Source of the DNA: Deinococcales bacterium | GTDB taxonomy: Bacteria; Deinococcota; Deinococci; Deinococcales; JAAFIG01 | DNA: 64,000 bases | NCBI GenBank assembly: GCA_031414595.1 | Contig: JANNVX010000098.1 | Coordinates: 64,001-128,000 of the forward strand | Direction: 5' to 3' | Shown: positions 19,802-28,215 of the stretch, in pieces | Numbering within the stretch: the stretch's first letter is position 1 | How the letters are laid out: each line of letters opens with the position of its first letter | Notes under the pieces: model-generated | What the model was told of the DNA's origin: nothing | The model's database searches: none | What the model saw: the letters and a program-made list of their open reading frames with translations, nothing else | Translations under genes and position numbers: made by a program

Positions 19802-20926
19802 ATGCTGATTGAAATTTTAATTGTTTTACTAAAAGCCGTTGGTGTAGCCCTTGGGCTACTCACCACTTTCGCCTACATGACCCTAATCGAACGCCGTTTG
19901 CTTGGGCGTTTCCAAATGCGTCACGGTCCAAATCGGGTTGGTGGTCCGCTGGGTTTGGCTCAACCACTTGCCGATGCCATCAAAAGCATTTTCAAAGAGG
20001 ATGTCAACATCACCCTAGCCGATAAGTTCGTCTATTGGATTGCGCCACTTATCGCCATCACCATGTCCTTAACCGCTTTCGGAGCAATTCCAGCCGGTCC
20101 TGCTGGTAGTTTATTCGGCACTGACCCTTGGGTGTTTAACCTCGATATTGGCTTGCTGTTTATTCTTGGAACAACCAGCATGGGTGTCTACGGCATTTTT
20201 CTGGGTGGTTGGGCTTCGGGCAGCAAATACCCGCTTTTGGGTGGGCTTCGTGCCAGCGCCCAAGTGATTAGTTACGAACTCGGTATGGGGCTTAGTGTCT
20301 TGGGGCTACTGATTCTAGTGGGCAGCATGAACTTGCTCGAGATTGTCAAATGGCAAACCGAAAATGGCTGGTTAATTCTGTTTCAGTGTGTGGCTTTCAT
20401 GACTTTTTTTGTTTCCGCCTTTGCCGAAACCAACCGCTCACCGTTTGACCTTCCAGAAGCCGAACAAGAATTGGTGGCAGGGTTTCTAACCGAATACTCG
20501 AGCATCAAATGGGCATTGTTTCAAATGGCGGAGTACGTGGCAATGATTACGGCTTCGGCAGTCATGGCAACCTTGTTCTTTGGTGGCTACAAAGGACCAA
20601 ATCTCGAGATAGCTGGGTTTAACATTGGCAATATTCCATTTATTTGGTTGTACGCTAAAATTGGTGTGTTTTTGTTTGTGTTTATCTGGGTTCGGGCAAC
20701 GCTCCCTCGGATGAGGTACGACAAGCTGATGCAATTCGGTTGGAAGTTCTTGTTTCCTGTGGCACTAGGTAACACGCTTGTGGCAGCAGGTTTCAGAGGC
20801 TACTTCCCCAAAGATACCCCTTGGATTTTAGGTGGGATTAGCTTGGTTGCTCTCATTATTATTTTTGCTGTGACCTCGAGAAACCCTGTGCGACCCGCGC
20901 CTGCTCGAGCCAATGCTGGCGACTGA
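19802..20926 (+). CDS. nuoH: NADH-quinone oxidoreductase subunit H
   Basis: [46 protein letters not shown]. Confidence 0.97.
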   Translation: MLIEILIVLLKAVGVALGLLTTFAYMTLIERRLLGRFQMRHGPNRVGGPLGLAQPLADAIKSIFKEDVNITLADKFVYWIAPLIAITMSLTAFGAIPAGPAGSLFGTDPWVFNLDIGLLFILGTTSMGVYGIFLGGWASGSKYPLLGGLRASAQVISYELGMGLSVLGLLILVGSMNLLEIVKWQTENGWLILFQCVAFMTFFVSAFAETNRSPFDLPEAEQELVAGFLTEYSSIKWALFQMAEYVAMITASAVMATLFFGGYKGPNLEIAGFNIGNIPFIWLYAKIGVFLFVFIWVRATLPRMRYDKLMQFGWKFLFPVALGNTLVAAGFRGYFPKDTPWILGGISLVALIIIFAVTSRNPVRPAPARANAGD

Positions 20927-20959
20927 TAGAATGATTTTGGAGGTGAATGAAATGAGTGT
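20901..20959 (+). repeat. nuoH 3'-end/RBS repeat, copy 1
   Basis: CTGCTCGAGCCAATGCTGGCGACTGATAGAATGATTTTGGAGGTGAATGAAATGAGTGT. Confidence 0.9.
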
Positions 20960-21164
20960 GATGCAAATGGTTGAAAGTGTAAGGGAGTTATCCATAGCCG
21001 AAATTGAACAATTACAAGATGCGCTCGAGAAAGAACGTTTGATGCAACTCAGTAAAATAGCTGCTAAACGTTGGGCTGGTAAGACTTTTGAATTGTGTTT
21101 CCCCTCGAGCAAAGATGTACCTGTCCACCCTTTTCAAGTTTTTCTCGAGAATCAAAAACCATGA
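20952..21164 (+). CDS. Small partner protein of retropepsin pair 3
   Basis: MSVMQM after GGAGGTG RBS; ATGA overlap with the protease. Confidence 0.7.
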   Translation: MSVMQMVESVRELSIAEIEQLQDALEKERLMQLSKIAAKRWAGKTFELCFPSSKDVPVHPFQVFLENQKP

Positions 21165-21577
21165 ATTACGTTAAATTTCCGTATCAACCAATCAAAGATG
21201 ATTTATTCATGCCTTATGCGTGGGTGCGTTTGTCCTTTGGTAATACTTTTTGGGATGAATGGGCTTTGGTTGATAGTGGTGCGGAAATCAATGTTATTCC
21301 GTTTAGTGTTGGAGTAAAATTGGGTCTTGATTGGAATACATCTGAAGATGGTCCAACAATTGGTGGTAGTGCTTCTGGTGCTACGAAAACTGTTGAACTT
21401 ACTGTGACTATCGGTTCTTTTACAAATGTGTCAATGAGTTTTTGTTGGCTCAGTCATGATAATGTTAGGGTTTTACTTGGAGAACAAGATTTTTTTGAGA
21501 ATTTTGCTGTTTATTTTGATTTACAAAACAAAGAATTTGCTTTGTTTCAATATGCAAAGAAACAGGATGTTGAGTAG
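21161..21577 (+). CDS. Retropepsin-like aspartyl protease, pair 3
   Basis: ALVDSGA; LLGEQDFFENFAVYF. Confidence 0.8.
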   Translation: MNYVKFPYQPIKDDLFMPYAWVRLSFGNTFWDEWALVDSGAEINVIPFSVGVKLGLDWNTSEDGPTIGGSASGATKTVELTVTIGSFTNVSMSFCWLSHDNVRVLLGEQDFFENFAVYFDLQNKEFALFQYAKKQDVE

Positions 21578-21580
21578 CCT

Positions 21581-21639
21581 CTGCTCGAGCTAAAGCTGGT
21601 AGCTGATAGAATGATTTTGGAGGTGAATGAAATGAGTGT
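21581..21639 (+). repeat. nuoH 3'-end/RBS repeat, copy 2
   Basis: CTGCTCGAGCTAAAGCTGGTAGCTGATAGAATGATTTTGGAGGTGAATGAAATGAGTGT. Confidence 0.9.
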
Positions 21640-21853
21640 CGGACAAATAATTACACAACTTAAAAGTCTCTCGAGAAATGATTTGGTCTTAATCGTGAAT
21701 GAGGCACAGAAAACACTTCATGAACTTGACCCGATTGCATCCAATCATCTTGACTTGTCCAAAATGCCAAAGAACCCTGAAATTTGGTCGCCTTGGGATG
21801 AATACCAAGCCGCTGATGATATGGAAAGATTACTCGCTGAGGGAAAATTGTGA
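21632..21853 (+). CDS. Small partner protein of retropepsin pair 4
   Basis: MSVGQI...EIWSPWD; GTGA overlap with the protease. Confidence 0.7.
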   Translation: MSVGQIITQLKSLSRNDLVLIVNEAQKTLHELDPIASNHLDLSKMPKNPEIWSPWDEYQAADDMERLLAEGKL

Positions 21854-22272
21854 GTGATGTAGAGCGTTTTTCTTACATAATTAAGGGCGAAATGGGTAAA
21901 ATGCCGATTATTCCTATTCGTTTCTTAGATAATAATAAAGCCATTGAAGAACTAGCGCTTTTAGATTCTGGTGCAGCCGTGAGTATTTTACCGTACAGAA
22001 TGGGTTTAGCATTAAAGCAGGATTGGAATAATCCAAAATTATATGAGGCTAGGCTAGGTGGCGTGTTTCGGCATTTAACTGGAAAATTTGTGAAAGTGTC
22101 ATTGCAAATTGGGCAACTCGAGCCTCGAGATGTTGCATTCGTGTGGATGGAATCTGAAAATGTGCCGCTTATTCTTGGTAATGGTAATTTCTTTCAGATT
22201 TTTGATGTGTGTTTTTCACGCTTAAACAATGAAATTTCGGTGCGTTTAGCTCGAGCCAAAGCTGGTAGCTGA
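21850..22272 (+). CDS. Retropepsin-like aspartyl protease, pair 4
   Basis: ALLDSGA; ILGNGNFFQIFDVCF; C-terminus ARAKAGS supplied by the nuoH-like repeat. Confidence 0.8.
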   Translation: MSDVERFSYIIKGEMGKMPIIPIRFLDNNKAIEELALLDSGAAVSILPYRMGLALKQDWNNPKLYEARLGGVFRHLTGKFVKVSLQIGQLEPRDVAFVWMESENVPLILGNGNFFQIFDVCFSRLNNEISVRLARAKAGS

Positions 22273-22278
22273 TAGAAT
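22249..22278 (+). repeat. nuoH 3'-end repeat, copy 3
   Basis: GCTCGAGCCAAAGCTGGTAGCTGATAGAAT. Confidence 0.85.
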
Positions 22279-22296
22279 AAAATTGGGGGAGTATTT

Positions 22297-22731
22297 ATGC
22301 CAAAAAGTAAAAATCCGTATAGCAAAGAGGTAAAAGAGAAGGCAATAAGAAAAGTTGCAGAAGGTTTGTCTTACGCTGAAGTAGGACGCGAAATGGGGAT
22401 TCCATATTCGACTATTAGTAATTGGTCTAAGGAAGGTGGTATTGAAAGTAAACATAGTAATGGCAAGGGGCAGGCTTTGTACAATATGATGCGGGTCTGT
22501 ACAACCTTGTTTCAAACAATAAGTCAAATCCATAGCTATGCTTATGGCACTTTTCAAAACAGTAGGCACTATAAACATCTACGAGACGCTGCAAAAAAGG
22601 GCTTACTTGAAAGAAGAATAGATGGATTAGATGAGTCATTTAAATTAACAAAACTTGGCAAAGAATGGTTAAAAGCTAATGAAAATACTTTTGAAGAAAA
22701 ATATCAAGAATTAATTTTAAAGCGAGCGTAA
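22297..22731 (+). CDS. Helix-turn-helix protein (transposase-like N-terminal HTH)
   Basis: YSKEVKEKAI...SYAEVGREMGIPYSTISNW. Confidence 0.65.
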   Translation: MPKSKNPYSKEVKEKAIRKVAEGLSYAEVGREMGIPYSTISNWSKEGGIESKHSNGKGQALYNMMRVCTTLFQTISQIHSYAYGTFQNSRHYKHLRDAAKKGLLERRIDGLDESFKLTKLGKEWLKANENTFEEKYQELILKRA

Positions 22732-22769
22732 TTTGACTCTTAATTGCTGTATTATCGGAGGTTCTTAAA

Positions 22770-23444
22770 ATGGGTGTTCTCGAGATCGCCAAAGGGATGG
22801 GTACAACCCTTGGCAAATTGTTCCAAAAGCCTTTAACCGTTTCCTATCCAGAAACGCCAATTCGTTTGCAACCGCGTTTTCGTGGTCGGCATATCCTGAC
22901 TAAGCACGCCAACGGCTTAGAAAAGTGCATTGGCTGTTCGCTCTGCGCTGCCGCCTGTCCAGCCTATGCCATCTATGTCGAAGCCGCCGAGAATACCTCG
23001 ATCCAGACCGTCTCGGCGGGGGAAAGGTACGCTTCGGTATACGAAATCAATATGCTGCGCTGTATTTTTTGCGGCATGTGCGAAGAGGCTTGCCCGACAG
23101 GTGCAATTATTTTAGGTACAGACTTTGAACTCGCCGATTATAAATCTCGAGATTTTGTGTATGGCAAGGAAGACATGATGGTCGGTGTGGTCGGTACAAA
23201 GCCCCAACGCCGCGAAGCCGAACACAAGAATAAACCCGTCAAACTTGGCTACAACATCACCCCTCGAGCCGAAGTTGCCGAGGCACTCGAGGCGCTAAAG
23301 AACCCCAATAAGCGAGTCTCGAGTCTGCCAGCCTCGGGTGTGGGTATAGGGGTTGTATCTCGAGATACTGGGGACGACACAGGGCGCTCGAGTCCAAGCC
23401 GAATTAACGATGCACCAATTGCCAAGGGTATAGTGAAACGATGA
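22770..23444 (+). CDS. nuoI: NADH-quinone oxidoreductase subunit I
   Basis: [12 protein letters not shown] and [12 protein letters not shown] 4Fe-4S motifs. Confidence 0.96.
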   Translation: MGVLEIAKGMGTTLGKLFQKPLTVSYPETPIRLQPRFRGRHILTKHANGLEKCIGCSLCAAACPAYAIYVEAAENTSIQTVSAGERYASVYEINMLRCIFCGMCEEACPTGAIILGTDFELADYKSRDFVYGKEDMMVGVVGTKPQRREAEHKNKPVKLGYNITPRAEVAEALEALKNPNKRVSSLPASGVGIGVVSRDTGDDTGRSSPSRINDAPIAKGIVKR

Positions 23445-24004
23445 TTGTCTTTGTTTTGCTGTCTTTACTCGCCGTTGCTGGAGCGCTTGGCACGATTTTA
23501 TGGAAGAACGCGCTTTACAGTGCGCTTTCTTTGGTCGGGACGCTCCTAGCCTTGGCGTGTATTTTCGTGACCCTCGAGGCGCAGTTTTTGGCCAGTGTCC
23601 AAGTGATTGTCTACGCGGGTGCAATCATGGTGCTGTTCTTGTTTGTGATTATGCTCCTGAACGCCCAGTATCCAGACCAGCACGAAGACCCACTGCCGTG
23701 GCTTGCACCTGTAGCCATTGCGGGTGGGATTGTCCTCGCGGGGGCGCTTGCCTACACTGCCTTTTTGTTCAAAGCCCCCAAAGCCCTCGAGACGGCAGCC
23801 AAAGCCTTGCAGGGTGGTACACCGGGTCCTGTGGGTGAAACGCTGTTCACCAAGTTCTTACTGCCATTTGAAGCGGTGTCGTTGCTGCTGATTATCGCTG
23901 TGGTTGGTGCGGTGGCTTTGGTCAAACGCGAACCCGAAGGCAAACAAGTTAGGGAAACCCTCGAGGAACGGGCTACCCACACCCCCGAAGAGGTCGTCGC
24001 ATGA
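23441..24004 (+). CDS. nuoJ: NADH-quinone oxidoreductase subunit J
   Basis: [20 protein letters not shown]. Confidence 0.96.
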   Translation: MIVFVLLSLLAVAGALGTILWKNALYSALSLVGTLLALACIFVTLEAQFLASVQVIVYAGAIMVLFLFVIMLLNAQYPDQHEDPLPWLAPVAIAGGIVLAGALAYTAFLFKAPKALETAAKALQGGTPGPVGETLFTKFLLPFEAVSLLLIIAVVGAVALVKREPEGKQVRETLEERATHTPEEVVA

Positions 24005-24013
24005 CCCAAAATC

Positions 24014-24082
24014 ACCGTAGGGGCGAGACTGTCTTGACCCTAAACACGCACCTAGCGGGCAGGGTCGCTTGCCTCGCCCAAC
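24014..24082. repeat. GTAG-type REP-like element (nuoJ/nuoK)
   Basis: ACCGTAGGGGCGAG...CTCGCCCAAC; near copy of 3997-4063. Confidence 0.8.
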
Positions 24083-24094
24083 TGAGAGGACATC

Positions 24095-24397
24095 ATGGTT
24101 GAAACCCCGTATTACATTGCCCTCGCGGGTATTTTATTTTCGATAGGCGCAGTCGGTTTTCTGATGCGCCGCAGTGTGATTCAAATGTTCTTGTGCGTCG
24201 AACTAATGCTGAATTCTGCCAATCTGGTGCTGGTGGCGTTCGCTCGAGCATGGGGGAATCTCGAGGCGCAGACAGCCGTGTTTATCATCCTGACTCTTGC
24301 GGCGGCTGAAGTGGCAATTGGCTTAGGGATTATCGTGGCGATTTTTAGGAAACGAGTCTCCACGAATGTGGATGAACTCTCGAGTTTGAAGGGATAA
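24095..24397 (+). CDS. nuoK: NADH-quinone oxidoreductase subunit K
   Basis: CVELMLNSANL, AAAEVAIGL. Confidence 0.96.
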   Translation: MVETPYYIALAGILFSIGAVGFLMRRSVIQMFLCVELMLNSANLVLVAFARAWGNLEAQTAVFIILTLAAAEVAIGLGIIVAIFRKRVSTNVDELSSLKG

Positions 24398-24400
24398 ATT

Positions 24401-26362
24401 GTGGAGAATATCTTTTACTTAATGATTGTGCCACCGCTTCTTGGTTGGTTGCTTTTAATTGCCTTTGGTAAGCGGTTGCCCGAACCAACTTCGGGGTATG
24501 TGGCGAGTGGCATGATTTTGGTCTCGTTTGTGATGGCAGTGCTTGGGTTTTTCGGGACAATGAATCTCGAGGAAGGTAAGCAGTGGCACGTTAAACTCTG
24601 GGAATTCCTACCATTTATTGGTGGCGAGGGTAAATCCCTGTACATGGGTTTTGCACTCGACCAACTCTCGAGTCTGATGACCCTGATTATCACGGGTGTT
24701 GGCTTTTTGATTCATGTCTTTGCAATTGGCTATATGCACGGGGACACGGGCTTCTCGAGGTTCTTTGCGTACCTGAATTTCTTTGTGGCGTTTATGCTGA
24801 TTCTGGTGTTGGCGGATTCCTTGCCCGTACTGTTTATCGGTTGGGAAGGCGTGGGCGTTGCCAGTTTCCTGCTCATCGGTTTTTGGTACAAGGATTTTAA
24901 TAACTCGAACGCTGCCCGTAAAGCCTTTATCGTCAACCGAGTTGGCGATGCGTTTTTGATGCTGGGGATGTTCTTGTTGTTTAAAGAATTCGGCACATTA
25001 AATCTGCATGAACTCAAAGAATCCTTTGGTTCGGTCAATGTGCCACTGGTCGGCGAAGTCTCGAGGAATGCCGTGGCGTATGGTGCGCCCGGTCTCGAGT
25101 TAGCCTGTGTGTTCTTGCTGCTCGGCGCGGCGGGTAAAAGCGCTCAATTGCCGCTTTCAACTTGGCTACCCGATGCGATGGCGGGTCCAACCCCTGTTTC
25201 TGCCCTGATTCACGCGGCGACGATGGTTACGGCGGGTGTCTACCTTGTGGCGCGTAATTCCGAGTTGTTTGCTCATGCCCCTGTCGCTTCTGGCTGGGTG
25301 GCGTGGGTTGGTGCTGCGACGGCTGCTTACGGGGCGGTGTGTGCCATTGCTCAGACCGATATTAAAAAGATTTTGGCGTACAGCACCGTCTCGCAACTTG
25401 GGTTTATGTTTGTGGCAGTGGGTTGTGGTGCGTACTGGGTCGGGATTTTCCATGTGCTAACCCATGCGTTCTTCAAAGCCTTGTTGTTTCTGGCTTCGGG
25501 TAGCGTCATTCATGCACTGGGCGGCGAACAGGACGTTCGTAAAATGGGCGGTTTACGCAAGGTCTTACCGACCACGCATTTGGTTTCTTTTATTGGCACA
25601 TTAGCCATTATGGGTGTGCCGCTTTTGGCTGGGTTTTTCTCTAAAGATGCGATTCTCGAGAGTACCTTAATGTCGCCTTTCGTGGGTGGAGAAGCTGGTA
25701 ATGTTCTGCTTTTTGCCGTAATGGTGATTGTGGCAACCATGACTGCCGCCTACATGTGGCGTTGGTATGTGCTGGTTTTTGTTGGCGAGTATCGAGGTCA
25801 CGCCCATCCGCATGAATCTGGGGCAGTCATGACTTTACCTCTGATGGTGTTGGCGGTTCTCAGCGTGATTGGTGGCTTTATCGGCTTACCGCACTTCTTG
25901 GGTAAAAATGTCAATTTAATCGAACCGTATCTCGAGAAAGTTGCTCATAATGCTAAGGGCATGACCAAACTCGAGGGAATTGTCGAATTTGTCCCACTGA
26001 TTTTTAGTGTCTTGGCGGTACTTGTCGGGTATTTGATTGCCAATTACTTCTTTAGGCGCGATGGGGCTAACGTTATGGCAGAAATTCCAAACAGCTTTGG
26101 CAATGCTTCAAAAAATGCCTTGTACTTGGATAAAGTCTATGATTTTGTGCTTGGCAATCCGTCTCGAGTGGCGGCGCAGTTCTTAGGGATTGTGGATAAA
26201 AGCGGAGTTCAAGCCAGCGCGCACTTTCTGGGGGAACAAGTCGGGGAAGCTGGCGCGAGTCTATCCATTTGGCAAGCTGGTTTTGCCCGTGGTTACGCGG
26301 TTGCCATTCTCATCGGCACAGTCGGTTTGATTGGTTTTTTAATCCTGCGGGGGTTCGCATGA
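24401..26362 (+). CDS. nuoL: NADH-quinone oxidoreductase subunit L
   Basis: GWEGVG, GKSAQLPL.TWLPDAMAGPTPVSALIHAATMVTAG. Confidence 0.97.
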   Translation: MENIFYLMIVPPLLGWLLLIAFGKRLPEPTSGYVASGMILVSFVMAVLGFFGTMNLEEGKQWHVKLWEFLPFIGGEGKSLYMGFALDQLSSLMTLIITGVGFLIHVFAIGYMHGDTGFSRFFAYLNFFVAFMLILVLADSLPVLFIGWEGVGVASFLLIGFWYKDFNNSNAARKAFIVNRVGDAFLMLGMFLLFKEFGTLNLHELKESFGSVNVPLVGEVSRNAVAYGAPGLELACVFLLLGAAGKSAQLPLSTWLPDAMAGPTPVSALIHAATMVTAGVYLVARNSELFAHAPVASGWVAWVGAATAAYGAVCAIAQTDIKKILAYSTVSQLGFMFVAVGCGAYWVGIFHVLTHAFFKALLFLASGSVIHALGGEQDVRKMGGLRKVLPTTHLVSFIGTLAIMGVPLLAGFFSKDAILESTLMSPFVGGEAGNVLLFAVMVIVATMTAAYMWRWYVLVFVGEYRGHAHPHESGAVMTLPLMVLAVLSVIGGFIGLPHFLGKNVNLIEPYLEKVAHNAKGMTKLEGIVEFVPLIFSVLAVLVGYLIANYFFRRDGANVMAEIPNSFGNASKNALYLDKVYDFVLGNPSRVAAQFLGIVDKSGVQASAHFLGEQVGEAGASLSIWQAGFARGYAVAILIGTVGLIGFLILRGFA

Positions 26363-26375
26363 TTCATTATGGTTT

Positions 26376-26510
26376 CGTAGGGGCGACGGAGCTTCAAGCG
26401 ACGGGGGTCGCCCTTGATGTGCAAAAGCGCAATGCTTTGGCGGGTTGGGCGAGGCATACCTGTCTTGACCCAATACACGCACCTCACGGGCAGGGTCGCT
26501 CGCCCCTACG
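26376..26510. repeat. REP doublet / REPIN-like element (nuoL/nuoM)
   Basis: Terminal inverted repeats CGTAGGGGCGA...TCGCCCCTACG; internal TGTCTTGACCC..ACACGCACCT..CGGGCAGGGTCGC shared with the other copies. Confidence 0.85.
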
Positions 26511-26528
26511 GTTGGATGGGAGATTGGC

Positions 26529-28052
26529 ATGAATTGGGTTTTAATTGCGTTTATTTTCTTGCCGCTTCTGGCTGCCTTGCTGTCGTTACTCGTTCCAAAG
26601 GCGGCTCGAGGGCGTTTTGCAGTGCTGACTGGCTTGGTTCATTTGGCGGTGGGTGTCTACATTTGGTTGGGTGGCACAAAACTCGAGGAGTTCAGTACCA
26701 TCACCGATTGGCTGCCCGGGCTGGGTGTGAAATTCGCGGTCAGCACCGATGGTGTATCCTTGCTGCTCTCACTCGTGACTGCCCTGATGGTTCCGCTTGG
26801 GCTGTACTACCTTTCTTCTCGAGACGATGGCAAGTTATCGGCTTTTTATCCGCTTGCTCTCGCTATGCAGACTGGTATTTTAGGTATTTATGCTGCCAGA
26901 GACTTAATTTTATTCTATGTGTTCTTTGAAGCCACACTGATTCCAAGTTTGTTCTTGCTTGGGCGTTATGGTCGGGCTTCTCGAGTAAAAGCGCTGACCA
27001 CAATGGCGTTGTACACGGTTTTTGGCGGTTTATTGATGTTGGTCAGCATCATCAGTGCCAAGTTACTGACTGGTTCACCGACTTTTCTGCTCGAGGATTT
27101 GTTGCGTGGTTTGCGCTTGCCAATTGCTGATGTGACGCTTTTGTTTATCACTTTTAATCCTAAAACCATGATGTTTATTGGGTTTTTACTTGCCTTGGCG
27201 GTCAAAACCCCGCTTTTTCCGATGCACGCTTGGATGCCAGAATTTCACGCTCAAAATCATCCGAGTGGTGTAGCTGACCTGATGGGAACGCTCTATAAGG
27301 TTGGCGGCTATGCCTTGTTTCGTTTTGCCGTGCCAATGTTCCCCGATGTTGTGGCAAATGCCCAAGGTTGGCTGATGTTCTTAGCCGCCTTTACCGCCAT
27401 TTATGGCGCATGGGTGGCTTTTGCCCAAACCGATTTTAAGCGCTTACTGGCTTACGCAGGTATTTCCCACATGGGTTTGGTGGCATTGGGTGTCTTTAGC
27501 CTTCATCCTGCGGGTGCGGCTGGCGCAATGTTGCTGCTTGCCTTTCAGGGTATCTACTCGAGTGGCTTGTTCTTGGTGGTTGGGATGCTCGAGCGTCGCT
27601 TTATTGTGTTAGAAGGTGGCGATGAAAGCAAAGAAAAAGCCTTGGATCGCGCCCTCGAGATTGGGCGAGTGCGAGGACTTGCCGCAAGCGCTCCAGCCTT
27701 TGCGGGTGTGGCGCTGCTGCTCTGGTTTGCCAGTATTGGTGTTCCGGGTTTGGCAGGTTTTATTGGTGAGTACAGCATTTTACTTGGTGCATACCAAGCC
27801 AATCCGTGGATGGCGGCGATTGCGGTCACAACCGTGATTGCCAGTGCTGCCTTTGCTTTAACTGCCTACCAAAAAACATGGTACGAAGAAGCCACACACA
27901 GCGTAGCCGACCTCTCGAGACGTGAATGGACAGTGCTTATCCCAATCGTTGCCCTTGTGGTCTTGTTTGGTGTCTACAGCGCTCCAGCCCTCGAGTTGGT
28001 CAAACCCGTGGTGGCACAATTGTATGGAATTGCATTGGAGGCAAATAAATGA
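26529..28052 (+). CDS. nuoM: NADH-quinone oxidoreductase subunit M
   Basis: LFYVFFEATLIP, KTPLFPMHAWMP, DFKRLLAY. Confidence 0.96.
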   Translation: MNWVLIAFIFLPLLAALLSLLVPKAARGRFAVLTGLVHLAVGVYIWLGGTKLEEFSTITDWLPGLGVKFAVSTDGVSLLLSLVTALMVPLGLYYLSSRDDGKLSAFYPLALAMQTGILGIYAARDLILFYVFFEATLIPSLFLLGRYGRASRVKALTTMALYTVFGGLLMLVSIISAKLLTGSPTFLLEDLLRGLRLPIADVTLLFITFNPKTMMFIGFLLALAVKTPLFPMHAWMPEFHAQNHPSGVADLMGTLYKVGGYALFRFAVPMFPDVVANAQGWLMFLAAFTAIYGAWVAFAQTDFKRLLAYAGISHMGLVALGVFSLHPAGAAGAMLLLAFQGIYSSGLFLVVGMLERRFIVLEGGDESKEKALDRALEIGRVRGLAASAPAFAGVALLLWFASIGVPGLAGFIGEYSILLGAYQANPWMAAIAVTTVIASAAFALTAYQKTWYEEATHSVADLSRREWTVLIPIVALVVLFGVYSAPALELVKPVVAQLYGIALEANK

Positions 28053-28068
28053 CCCCCGTTTACGAATT

Positions 28069-28180
28069 CGTAGGGGCGAACCTTGTGTTCGCCCTGACCC
28101 TGCCTTGTGCGTACAGGGCGATGACAAGCGACCCAAGCCCGAAGGTGCTGTTTTTGCGGTCAAGAAGCATCGCCCCTACG
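28069..28180. repeat. REP doublet / REPIN-like element (nuoM/nuoN)
   Basis: CGTAGGGGCGAACCTTGTGTTCGCCC ... TCGCCCCTACG. Confidence 0.85.
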
Positions 28181-28215
28181 GTTGGTTTGGTGTTGGTTGT
28201 GACCGAGGTGTGTTT

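Noticed and set aside
5964-22731. Classical integron (attC cassettes) or prophage
   Set aside because: No tyrosine integrase, attC-like palindromes or phage structural genes were seen in the window; the junctions are direct repeats of gene ends
22297-22731. IS3-family insertion sequence
   Set aside because: Only an HTH resemblance; no OrfB/DDE domain, terminal inverted repeats or target duplication
27922-28215. Long N-terminal extension of NuoN (likewise for HigA, NuoB and NuoE in the ORF track)
   Set aside because: It reads through the nuoM end and a REP element; better RBS-linked starts lie downstream
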